From an uncultured Acidimicrobiaceae bacterium (GTDB lineage Bacteria > Actinomycetota > Acidimicrobiia > Spongiisociales > UBA5794), in the NCBI GenBank assembly GCA_947259365.1, contig CAMYMC010000008.1, positions 45,804 to 109,803 of the forward strand: a DNA stretch of 64,000 nt, given 5' to 3'. Below the pieces are notes generated by a model, which saw nothing but the letters and a program-made list of their open reading frames with translations, searched no databases and had not been told where the DNA came from. The position numbers and the translations under genes were made by a program. Of this stretch, positions 9,274 through 21,018 are shown piece by piece. The first letter of the stretch is position 1; each line of letters opens with the position of its first letter.

Positions 9274-9738
9274 TCAGCGGCGCCCTTTGGCGCGTTCGAT
9301 CTCCCGCCGCTGCTCGCGCTCTCTGAGCTTCTGGCGCTTGTCGTATTTGCGCCGGCCCCTGGCGAGGCCGATCTCGACCTTCGCCAGGCCGCGGACGAAA
9401 TACACCGAGAGCGGCACGAGGGTCAGCCCTCGCTCCTGCACCTTGCCGACGAGCGCCGCCAGCTCCCGCCTGCGAAGGAGCAGCTTGCGGGGTCGCTCCG
9501 GATCGTGGCCCCCGTCGCGAGCGAACCGGTAGGGAGAGATGTGGATGTTCTCGAGCCACAGCTCGCCGCCTCTCAGCTCGGCATACCCGTCCTTGAGCTG
9601 GACCTGGGAGGCGCGCAGCGACTTCACCTCGGATCCGGTGAGGACGATGCCGCACTCATACGTCTCGAGAATCTCGAAGTCGCGCCGGGCGCGGCGGTTG
9701 GTCGCGACGACCTTGCGGCCGGTGTCGGCGGAGCCCAT
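9274..9738 (-). CDS. smpB: SsrA-binding protein SmpB
   Basis: NRRAR, GIVLTGSEVKSLR, RKLLL, YDKR motifs. Confidence 0.97.
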   Translation of the reverse strand: MGSADTGRKVVATNRRARRDFEILETYECGIVLTGSEVKSLRASQVQLKDGYAELRGGELWLENIHISPYRFARDGGHDPERPRKLLLRRRELAALVGKVQERGLTLVPLSVYFVRGLAKVEIGLARGRRKYDKRQKLREREQRREIERAKGRR

Positions 9739-9796
9739 CGCGCGAAACCCTACAGCGCGGCTCCGGTGCACCGGCGGGAAGCGCCGCGGACACCGG

Positions 9797-10678
9797 TCAC
9801 GTGCGGATGTAGCGGTGCACCGCCAGGCTGATCGCGCTCCCGATCGCCCCGACTGCGATGCCGAAGAGCACGACGACTGCGCCCCAGCGGGCGACGAAGG
9901 CGCCGCCGACGTCGAGCGTGATGAACTCGGGGAGGTCGGTGAGCCGGTCCAGCGTCAGGTTGTAGAGCACTGCGGCCGTCCCGACGGCGAGGAGCCCGCC
10001 GAGGAAGCCCTCGAGCATGCCCTCGAGGAGGAACGGCGTCCGCACGAACCAGTTGCTCGCCCCGACCAGCTTCATGATCTCGATCTCCTCGCGCCTGGCG
10101 TAGATCGCCATGTGGATCGTATTGGCGATGAGGGCGATGGCGGCAACGCCGAGCGCCAGGGCGAGGATCCAGAACACGAACCGCAACGCATCACGCACCG
10201 CGATGAACCGGTTGACCGTGTCCCCGGCGGAGATGACGTCGGTGATGCCGGGCGTGCCGGCCAGCCGGGCCGCGATCGTGTCGTAGCTGTCGAGCTCCAC
10301 GGGCCTGATCCGGAACGACGCCGGGATGATGCTGGGGTCCTCCCGGATGAGCTCGAGCGACGCCGGGTCGTCCTCGAACAGCTCGAGCGCGACCTCGAAC
10401 GCCTCGGCCTTCGACAGGAAGAAGACATCGGCGACCTCGTCCCAACCGGCGATCGTCGCCTGCAACCCCTGGATGTCGCGCATGTTGTCCGAGATGAAGG
10501 CCTCGACCCTGACGTCATCGGACCACTGGGCCGTGTTGATCCGTGCGATCTCCCCGAACACGAGCGTGCCGAACGTGAGCGACAGCGAGATGAACACGGC
10601 GAGGATCGCCCCGAGCACGACGAGGGCGTTGCGGCCCATGTTGCGAAACGACTCGGCGACGACGTACTGGATGCGCAT
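9797..10678 (-). CDS. ftsX: Cell division permease FtsX
   Basis: IANTI-x-MAIYARREEIEIMKLVGAS-x-WFVRTPFLLEG; directly follows ftsE. Confidence 0.95.
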   Translation of the reverse strand: MRIQYVVAESFRNMGRNALVVLGAILAVFISLSLTFGTLVFGEIARINTAQWSDDVRVEAFISDNMRDIQGLQATIAGWDEVADVFFLSKAEAFEVALELFEDDPASLELIREDPSIIPASFRIRPVELDSYDTIAARLAGTPGITDVISAGDTVNRFIAVRDALRFVFWILALALGVAAIALIANTIHMAIYARREEIEIMKLVGASNWFVRTPFLLEGMLEGFLGGLLAVGTAAVLYNLTLDRLTDLPEFITLDVGGAFVARWGAVVVLFGIAVGAIGSAISLAVHRYIRT

Positions 10679-11523
10679 CAGCGATCGCCGCCGTCATCGC
10701 GGCCGTCGCCGTTGCTGGCTCCGCCGTCGGCGTCGGGAGGCGGCTGTGGATCGGGCTCATCCGGAGAGACCGGGGATTCCCCGGCGGGCTCCGGTGGCGG
10801 AGTCGGCGCCGTAGCGGCCGGCGGGGCGGCAGGCTGCTCGTCGGTGCGCTGGTACACGCCACGGCTCTGGTCGCGGACCATCCGCCCTCTCTCGAGCTGG
10901 ACGACGCGGCGGCGCATCGCATCGACGATGGCGTGGTCGTGAGTCGCCATGACGACCGTCGTCCCCGTCCGGTTGATCCGGTCGAGGATCCTCATGATGC
11001 CGACCGACGTGCCCGGGTCGAGGTTGCCCGTCGGCTCGTCGGCGAGCACGATGAGCGGCCGGCTCACGAACGCCCTCGCGATCGAGACCCGCTGCTGCTC
11101 GCCCCCCGAGAGCTGTTTGGGATATCGATCCGATTTCGCCGACAGGCCGACGAGCTTGAGCACCTGGGGCACTTGAGCGTCGACGACGTGGCGGGCCCGC
11201 CCGGTGACCTCGAGGGCGAAGGCCACGTTCTCGAAGACGGTCTTGTTCGGCAGGAGCTTGAAGTCCTGGAACACCGTTCCGATGGACCGGCGCAGGTGCG
11301 GCACCTTCCAGTTGGGGAGCTTCGACGCGTGCTTGCCGGCGATCCAGATATCGCCGGCCGACGGGCGCTCCTCCCGCATCATGAGCCGGAGCAGGGTCGA
11401 CTTGCCGGAGCCCGAAGGGCCGACGAGGAAGACGAACTCGCCCTTGGAGATGTCGAGGCCCACATCCTTGACGGCCAGAACGCTGCCGTCGTAGACCTTC
11501 GTGACGTTCTGAAGACGGATCAT
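10678..11523 (-). CDS. ftsE: Cell division ATP-binding protein FtsE
   Basis: [34 protein letters not shown]; ATG at 11523; Pro/acidic C-terminal tail. Confidence 0.96.
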   Translation of the reverse strand: MIRLQNVTKVYDGSVLAVKDVGLDISKGEFVFLVGPSGSGKSTLLRLMMREERPSAGDIWIAGKHASKLPNWKVPHLRRSIGTVFQDFKLLPNKTVFENVAFALEVTGRARHVVDAQVPQVLKLVGLSAKSDRYPKQLSGGEQQRVSIARAFVSRPLIVLADEPTGNLDPGTSVGIMRILDRINRTGTTVVMATHDHAIVDAMRRRVVQLERGRMVRDQSRGVYQRTDEQPAAPPAATAPTPPPEPAGESPVSPDEPDPQPPPDADGGASNGDGRDDGGDR

Positions 11524-11676
11524 TCGGCTCGATTCACCTCTGGGGAGCGGCAGGCGTGATCCGGGCCCGCGCCGGGGTCCTTCCGCCGCCGGCGCGGCAT
11601 GGTAAACCCGCAGCCCGCCTACACAAACCACCCCCGAGGAGACCCGGCGTGGCCGCTCGGGAGCGGTGAGCAGCGA

Positions 11677-12790
11677 TCAGGATTGCTCTGCCTCCGCCCG
11701 GCGCCACTGCAGGTACGCGTCGACGAACCGTCCGATGTCGCCGTCGAGCACACCCCCGACGTTGCCCACCTCGAGATCGGTTCGGAGGTCCTTCACCATC
11801 TGGTAGGGCTGGAGCACGTACGAGCGGATCTGGCGCCCCCACCCCGCCTCGGTCTGCTCCCCGCGGATCTCGGCGAGCTCTTTCTCCTTCTCCGCGCGGG
11901 CGTGCTCGGCGAGGCGTGCCTTGAGGATCTGCATGGCCCGGTTCTTGTTCTGCAGCTGGGACCGCTCGTTCTGGCAGGCCACGACGATGCCGGTCGGGAG
12001 GTGGGTGATGCGGACCGCCGAATCCGACGTGTTGACGTGCTGGCCGCCGGCCCCCTGGGACCGGTACGTGTCGATGCGGAGGTCGTCCGGATCGATCTCG
12101 ATCTCGGCGTCTTCCACCTCCGGGATGACGTCGACGCCGGCAAACGACGTGTGCCGCCGCGCGTTCGCGTCGAAGGGGCTGATCCGCACGAGCCGGTGGA
12201 CCCCTCGCTCGGATTCGAGCGTGGCATAGGCGTGGTCCCCGCGCACCGTGAGGGTGGCGGACTTGATCCCGGCCTCGTCACCCGGCTGGATCTCGTCGAT
12301 CTCGACCTCGAGGTCGGAGCGCTCGAGGAAGCGGGCGTACATCCGAAGCAGCATCTCCGCCCAGTCCTGGGCATCGACGCCGCCGGCCCCGGCATGGATC
12401 GACACGATCGCCGGGTGGTCGTCGTACTCGCCGAAGTACAGGCTCTCCCGCTCGAGCTCCTCCAGCGCGTCTTCGAGCTGGCGCAGCTCGGCGACGACGT
12501 CGGCGATCGTCGCGCCGTCGCCTTCCTCTTCGGCCATCTCGAGGAAGACCTCGGCGTCGTCGATGCGCTGGGTGAGGTCGCCGACGCCGCCCACCGTCCG
12601 CTCGAAGCGGGACAGCTTTCGGGTGACCTCGAGCGCCTCGGCCTGGTCGTCCCAGAGGTCCGGCGCAGAGGCGCGCTCTCTCAGCTGATCGAGCTCTGCG
12701 ACCTTGCCCTCGACGTCAAAGGAACCTCCGGGCGTCGTCGAGACGGGAGCGGAGCTCTTTGATGAGGGCGCGGGGGTCGATGTCGTTCAT
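11677..12790 (-). CDS. prfB: Peptide chain release factor 2, +1 programmed frameshift after codon 24
   Basis: SPF and GGQ motifs; frame 0 MNDIDPRALIKELRSRLDDARRFL ends in CTT TGA C with GGAGG 3 nt upstream. Confidence 0.96.
12715..12729 (-). promoter_or_regulatory. RF2 +1 frameshift cassette
   Basis: GGAGG-TTC-CTT-TGA-C. Confidence 0.93.
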
Positions 12791-12859
12791 GGGCTCGTGA
12801 TGGTACCGGCCGCGCCCGCCGTCACCGGGCAACGTCGGTCGCCGGTGGCGGCCGCCCGC

Positions 12860-15511
<2,652 letters not shown>

Positions 15512-15567
15512 CGGACGCGAATACTAGGGACGGGCCAGAGCTGTGGGAACACACCCGCGGTTCGGGG

Positions 15568-16902
15568 CTATTGCCCCTCGACCTCCGCCAAGCGCTCGAG
15601 AAGCGAGGCCGGATCGAGGCCCGCCGTCTGCGGCAGCAGCTGACCGAGGACCCTGTCCGGCTGGACCTCGAACGGCTCCGGGTCGACATCGGAACCGCCG
15701 CGATCGCGAACGAGCAGCGTCTCGAGCGGTGCTCCGAGCTCCACCGAGGGGGCGGTGACCACGACGACGCTGCCGTCGTCGACGCGGAGAATGGAGCCCG
15801 GCGGGTACAGGCCCATCATCCTGATGAACAAGCGAACGAGGTCCGGGTCGTAATGAGACCCGGCGTTGGAGAGGAGCACCTGGAGGGCCCGGTGCGGCGT
15901 CTCGGCGCGCCGGTACGAGCGCCGGGTCGTGATGGCATCGTAGGTGTCCGAGATCGACACGACGCGGGAGAACACGTGAGGCCGTCCATCCCGGGTGACC
16001 CGGGGGTAGCCGCTGCCGTCGTAGCGGGCATGATGCTCGAAGGCCACGGTGGCCGCGATCTCGTGGCCCGGCCCTCCCGCAGACATGATGGCGAGCGCAC
16101 CCTCCTGGGGATGGATCGTGATCTCCTTCCACTGCTCGTCGCTGAGGTGGCCCGGGTAGTTGAGCACCGCCGTCGAGACCGCGACCTTGCCGATGTCGTG
16201 GAGGACTGCGCCGACCCCGACCGGAACGAGGTGCTCCTTGTCGACACCGACCAGGCGCCCGACCGCAAGGGAGAGGATGCACGTATTGACCGAATGGAAG
16301 AAGGTGTACTCGTCGTGGCTCTTCACCGTCGACAGCAGCAGCGAGGCGTTGCCATGGGACACCGACGTCTCGAAGAGCCCCTCGACCGCCTCGATGACGC
16401 CCGTCAGCTCGAACGTCCCCTGGCTCGCCATCGTGCCGGTGACGACCCTCAGCGCGTCGAGCGACCCGCGATACGAGGCACGCAGGCCTTCCATCGACGA
16501 GGAGGTCACGTCGCTGGCGGTGAGGAAGACCTCGTTGAGGAGGACCGTCCCGTCGGCGGGGAGGTCGTCGCTCAGCGCCCCGATGAACGCGGCGAGGTCC
16601 AGGAGGTCCTGCGACGAGACCGGACGGATGAGCTTCACCGATTCGACGCCGCGCGCCTGCATCTCACGCATGAGGACGTGGTACTCGAGGGACGTATGGG
16701 GCAGCAGTGCCCGGTTGTGGTAATACGCGTTGTCGAGGACCGTGAGGACGACCTCGCCGTCGTCTCCGACGAGGTCGCCGGCGGCGTCGGTGGCGGACGC
16801 GATCGCCTCGTCAGTGAGCGGATGACCCACGGGGAAGAGTCCGACCTGGCGCACGAGCCGACGCAAGGCCTTGAGGAACGCCGCCGGGAGTCTCTCGTTC
16901 AT
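15568..16902 (-). CDS. HD-GYP domain protein (predicted cyclic dinucleotide phosphodiesterase)
   Basis: HDEYTFFHSVN, LHDIGK, HP-x2-G, EHHARYDGSGYP, DTYDA, RRSYR. Confidence 0.9.
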   Translation of the reverse strand: MNERLPAAFLKALRRLVRQVGLFPVGHPLTDEAIASATDAAGDLVGDDGEVVLTVLDNAYYHNRALLPHTSLEYHVLMREMQARGVESVKLIRPVSSQDLLDLAAFIGALSDDLPADGTVLLNEVFLTASDVTSSSMEGLRASYRGSLDALRVVTGTMASQGTFELTGVIEAVEGLFETSVSHGNASLLLSTVKSHDEYTFFHSVNTCILSLAVGRLVGVDKEHLVPVGVGAVLHDIGKVAVSTAVLNYPGHLSDEQWKEITIHPQEGALAIMSAGGPGHEIAATVAFEHHARYDGSGYPRVTRDGRPHVFSRVVSISDTYDAITTRRSYRRAETPHRALQVLLSNAGSHYDPDLVRLFIRMMGLYPPGSILRVDDGSVVVVTAPSVELGAPLETLLVRDRGGSDVDPEPFEVQPDRVLGQLLPQTAGLDPASLLERLAEVEGQ

Positions 16903-18917
16903 CTGGCCCTCCCCTGCAGTGCCTGGCGGGCGGCGTCGCGAACCGCTCGCGATCCGCCCTTCACGCTGAAGCGCTTCCGCGCCAGCCCCTCGACCGCCCC
17001 GCGGGCTTCCGGTGTGTGCCGTCCCGCCAGGATCCCTACGACGGCGACCGCGACGTCGGAGCGGAGCCGGTCCGCCTCGATCTCCCGAACGAGCAGCCGG
17101 TCGAGCTCTGCGGACTCGGTGGCGCGTATGAGCGCCGCCGCCGCGTTGCGAACTCGCTCGTTGGCGTCGGAGAGCGCCCGCACGAGCATCGGCGCCGCCC
17201 CGTCCCGCTGGATGCGGACAAGTCCGCGCAGCGCCTCTGCGCGGACCCGGTGGTCATCGTGGGAGATGAGCTGGCGCAGGGCCGGCGCCGCCTCCTGCTT
17301 GTTGGTCTTGGCGAGCACCGTGGCAAGGTTCCGCAGTACGAACCACGGCTGACCGGCGAGGTGCTGCTCCACTGCCTTCGGATCCGGCGTCGCCGCCCGC
17401 GCCAGGAGCGACGTCAACATCTTGCGAGCGTGCGCATCCTCCTCGCGGGCGAGCAGGTCGACGAGCGGGCCGATGATCGCGGGACCGATGACCTCGACGA
17501 GGTGGAACGCATCCTCGGACGGTTCGGCGCCCTGCTCCTCCTCGAGGAGGAGCCGCAGCGTCTCACGGCCGGCGACACGCTCGAGGGCCTCCCGCACCTC
17601 GGTGTCCCGTTCCGCCGCATAGGGTGGGTCGCGGAGGATGTCATCGAGAAGGTCGCGTCCCGGCTGCCACTCGCCGTCGCGGAGGTAGCGGGAGACCCGA
17701 CCCGTCCACACCCGGAGCACCCGCCCGAAGCGCTCGTCGCGATCCTCGCACTCGAGGAGCCCCCGCAAGACGGTCGTGCCCATCAAATAGTCGTCGATCG
17801 TCTTCGACATGACACCCCGGAGGCCGATGAGCATCTCCTGGGCGGCCGGTCGGTCTGTGGTCGCGCTGGCGAGCACCTCGCCGATGCGCGCCGCGACGGC
17901 CTGGCGGGCGGACGCCACCGCGCTCGACGCGGTGAGCCCTTCGCCGGTCTCACCCGGCCTTCCGGCCTCGCTGCCGACGACGACCGCGTAGGCGTTGAGC
18001 GCCTCCTGACCCCGTGCGGTGAGCTCGGGGATGTAGTCGGCGAGGTCTGCACCGGAGAGTTGGTCGAGAAACAGCTGGTGCGCCGTGGACTCGGTATCGG
18101 CGAGGATCGACTCGAGAACCATGAGCTGGGCCGGTCGTCGTAGATGGAAGAACGCCTCGAGGAACGTGCGGAAGCCCTTCCACGGGTCGGTCGCTCCCTC
18201 GCGCAGCGCGCCGGTGACCCGCTGGGCGTTCTCCGCGTACGGCGCGGCGTGCTCGTGGAGCTCGGCGAGCCCGGAGAGGAAGGACGCGACCTCGGGGTCG
18301 CTGACCGGTTGCCCGTCGGCGTCGGCACCGGCCTCGATCTCGACGCCGAGCAACGCTGCGACCTCGTCGGGCTCTGCGCCACGGTTGGCGGCTGCGGCCG
18401 CCGGCGAAAGCCCTTCGGCCTCGGCCATGAGCGCATCGAGGGTCCCTTCGGACCCGTCGTCCTCGCCGGAGAGCTCGGTGAGGACGAGCAGGCCGCGCTC
18501 GAACACCTCGATCCCGATCTCCCCGAGCTCGCTGGTGAGCGCGGAGATCCCTCCTTGCTGGCGGACATGTTCGTCGTCGAGCTCGACGACCTGGAAGAAC
18601 GCGAGCAGGGCCTCCCCGCCGACCCCGCCCCGGATCCGCACCACTTCGACGTCGTGGAGGAAGAGCTCGCGGGCGAGCCGCTCGGACCCGTCGCGCCGGG
18701 TCGGGATGACCTCCTCGCCGTCGAGGAACGTCCCGGGGCCGACGATGACGACGAGCGGCGGATGGAGCTCTTCGGCGAGCAACTCGACGACCCTGGCGAA
18801 CGCCGGCTGGCTCACCGGGTCCGGGTAGAGCGAGAACGTGGACCAGGCCGTGCCGAGGGCATCGAGGATCCGGAGGGAGAACTCGCCGGGCGGGTCGAAG
18901 TCGGCTCGGACCGCCAC
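16899..18917 (-). CDS. HEAT-repeat domain protein
   Basis: C-terminal WFVLRNL, DHRVRAEA, NERVRNAA repeats; stop overlaps the HD-GYP start. Confidence 0.8.
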   Translation of the reverse strand: MAVRADFDPPGEFSLRILDALGTAWSTFSLYPDPVSQPAFARVVELLAEELHPPLVVIVGPGTFLDGEEVIPTRRDGSERLARELFLHDVEVVRIRGGVGGEALLAFFQVVELDDEHVRQQGGISALTSELGEIGIEVFERGLLVLTELSGEDDGSEGTLDALMAEAEGLSPAAAAANRGAEPDEVAALLGVEIEAGADADGQPVSDPEVASFLSGLAELHEHAAPYAENAQRVTGALREGATDPWKGFRTFLEAFFHLRRPAQLMVLESILADTESTAHQLFLDQLSGADLADYIPELTARGQEALNAYAVVVGSEAGRPGETGEGLTASSAVASARQAVAARIGEVLASATTDRPAAQEMLIGLRGVMSKTIDDYLMGTTVLRGLLECEDRDERFGRVLRVWTGRVSRYLRDGEWQPGRDLLDDILRDPPYAAERDTEVREALERVAGRETLRLLLEEEQGAEPSEDAFHLVEVIGPAIIGPLVDLLAREEDAHARKMLTSLLARAATPDPKAVEQHLAGQPWFVLRNLATVLAKTNKQEAAPALRQLISHDDHRVRAEALRGLVRIQRDGAAPMLVRALSDANERVRNAAAALIRATESAELDRLLVREIEADRLRSDVAVAVVGILAGRHTPEARGAVEGLARKRFSVKGGSRAVRDAARQALQGRAR

Positions 18918-18921
18918 AGCG

Positions 18922-19572
18922 TCACCCGATCGAGATCAAGTTCTCCCGGACCGCGTACAAGACGGCCTCGTTCCGGGAGTGGAGGCCGAGCTTGTCGAGG
19001 ATATTCCGGATGTGGTTCTTGACCGTGTTCTCGCTGATGTAGAGCTCTTCGCCGATCTCACGGCTCGTCATGCCCCTGGCGACGAGCTGGAGCACCTCGA
19101 TCTCGCGGCCGGTCAGGGTGGGCTTGCGGGCCTGGAGCAACTCCTGGTGGCGGAGCAGCTGGCGGCACACGTCGAAGAGCTTGCCGGCCATCACCGGGGA
19201 GATCGCGGCGCCTCCGTCCGCAACCGCCGCGATGGACTCCACGAGCTGGGGAAACGGCGTGTCCTTCACGACGTAGCCGCGCGCCCCCGCCTTGAGGGAG
19301 GCGAGCATGTCCTCCTCGGACTCACTGCCCGTGAGCAGCACGACGTGAGTCGCGGGCGCAACCGCAGAGATCTTCTCGACGACCTCGATGCCGGACAGAC
19401 CCGGCATGAGGATGTCGAGCAGGACGAGGTCGGGGAGCAGCATCTCCGCCTCGGCCACCGCACCTTCCGCGGTATCGGCCTCACCCACGACGTCGAAACC
19501 GGCGTCCTTGAGCGCCGAGATCAATCCTGCTCGGAACAGCGGTACATCGTCGACGACGAGCAGCTTCGTCAT
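18922..19572 (-). CDS. NarL/LuxR-family response regulator
   Basis: VVDD, LLDILMP receiver; LTGREIEVL...TVKNHIRNILDKL HTH. Confidence 0.95.
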   Translation of the reverse strand: MTKLLVVDDVPLFRAGLISALKDAGFDVVGEADTAEGAVAEAEMLLPDLVLLDILMPGLSGIEVVEKISAVAPATHVVLLTGSESEEDMLASLKAGARGYVVKDTPFPQLVESIAAVADGGAAISPVMAGKLFDVCRQLLRHQELLQARKPTLTGREIEVLQLVARGMTSREIGEELYISENTVKNHIRNILDKLGLHSRNEAVLYAVRENLISIG

Positions 19573-19599
19573 TCGCGTCCGATCCGTCCTTGCGATCCG

Positions 19600-20145
19600 T
19601 TACTCGGGTTCGATCAGTCCCAATGATCCGTCACGCCGGTAGTAGAGGACGCAGTGCTTGCCGCTCTCGGCATCGAGGAAGAAGAAGAAATCGTGTCCCA
19701 GCATCTCCATCTCCAACACCGCCTCCTCAGGCGTCATCGGCCGCATCGCAAAGCGCTTCGTCCTCACGATCTCGCGACCTGCATCACCGTGTTCATCGGT
19801 GGCAGCCCTGACGGCATTGAGTTGTTTGTTGGAGGCCTTCCGGGACCTCTGGATCATCCGCTCCTTGAGGCGGCGGAGCTGACGCTCGTACTTGTCCACG
19901 GCGATGTCGAGCGCGCTGCGATGGTCGGCCCCAACGCCTTCAGCGCGGACGGTGTGGCCCCGCGTCCGCGACGTGATCTCGACGAGGTAGCGGCCCGCGA
20001 TCCGCGGGTTGTGACGCTCGACGAACTCGACGTCCGCGGTGGCGCTGTCGTCGAGGATCCGCGCAGCGTGCGAGACCTTCCGGATTGCGAGCGACCTGGC
20101 CCGCTCGTCGACCTGCATGTTCTTGCCGTGAACGCGAACCTCCAC
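19600..20145 (-). CDS. hpf: Ribosome hibernation promoting factor (long HPF/RaiA)
   Basis: ERQLRRLKER, IVRTKRF, MTPEEAVLEMEMLGHDFFFF, YRR-x-DG-x2-GLIE; GTG with GAGGAG SD. Confidence 0.95.
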   Translation of the reverse strand: MEVRVHGKNMQVDERARSLAIRKVSHAARILDDSATADVEFVERHNPRIAGRYLVEITSRTRGHTVRAEGVGADHRSALDIAVDKYERQLRRLKERMIQRSRKASNKQLNAVRAATDEHGDAGREIVRTKRFAMRPMTPEEAVLEMEMLGHDFFFFLDAESGKHCVLYYRRDGSLGLIEPE

Positions 20146-20331
20146 CGGGTCTCCTCTCCATGGCGAATGGGCCTGCCGGCAACGACACGACCCGCCCTCG
20201 CGCCGCGGCGGGACGGGTCGGGTGCCGATGTGGGATCGGACGCGTGTGCCTCTCAAGGGTGAACCACTGTCGGTGCGGTTTCACCGGTCTGCAGCCTCCC
20301 CAGAGGACGCCACGCTTGCAGAGCCAGTCTA
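20146..20331 (-). promoter_or_regulatory. hpf promoter and long structured 5' leader
   Basis: TAGACT -10 at 20331-20326; hairpins at 20306-20295, 20285-20258, 20239-20225, 20220-20188. Confidence 0.5.
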
Positions 20332-20882
20332 CCCGGAGCGGTGGCGACAAGGCCCGAGAGCGCCGGTACGCCGGTTGCTCTCGCGGCGGCGAGAAGGGTC
20401 GAGCCGGTCGTGACGACATCGTCGACGAGCACGGAGCCGGGAGGGACGCCAGCGACGACGCGGAAGCGAGGCTCGTCGCGCGCCTCCGGTGGCCTCGTGG
20501 CGTGACGAGGCCACCAGAGGCCGGGGCGAAGGGCGTCGACGACCTCGGTTCCGGTGAGGCGAGCCACGGCGGCGGCGAGACGGCGCGCCGGGTCGATGCC
20601 GAACCGCACCCGGCGCAACGACGCCCGCGGCACCGGCACGAGCGCCGGCGTGTGCGGCGCGACCCGGGCGGCCATGGCTGGCGCCAGCGCGGGCACCGCT
20701 CCCTCGATGCCCCGGTACTTGAGGTTGTGAACGAGCCGGCGGGCCGCATCCCGATGGAGGAGACCGGAGCGGATGACGAGCCCCGTCGCCGTCACGACGT
20801 CGCGCCCCGGGGTGAGGGTGCCGGTGCACGACGTGCACAACGGCGCCACCCCGAGTCGCCCGCACGCGGCGCAGCCGATCAT
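20253..20882 (-). CDS. ComF family protein (PRTase + zinc finger)
   Basis: CAAC...CTSC, LKYRG, VPVP, LVDDVVTTGST. Confidence 0.88.
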   Translation of the reverse strand: MIGCAACGRLGVAPLCTSCTGTLTPGRDVVTATGLVIRSGLLHRDAARRLVHNLKYRGIEGAVPALAPAMAARVAPHTPALVPVPRASLRRVRFGIDPARRLAAAVARLTGTEVVDALRPGLWWPRHATRPPEARDEPRFRVVAGVPPGSVLVDDVVTTGSTLLAAARATGVPALSGLVATAPGRLALQAWRPLGRLQTGETAPTVVHP

Positions 20883-21018
20883 CGCACCACCGTATGGCGG
20901 ACCTGCGACATCCCCGCTGCGCGCTAGTCACCTCGCGACCCGCACAAATAGTGGGGACACAACCACCCAGCGTGACCTATCGTGGAAAGGGGCTCAGACG
21001 AAGGAAGGACCCGGTCCG

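Noticed and set aside
10678-10850. FtsE C-terminal tail as an extra domain
   Set aside because: Low-complexity Pro/acidic tail with no motif; such tails occur in actinobacterial FtsE.
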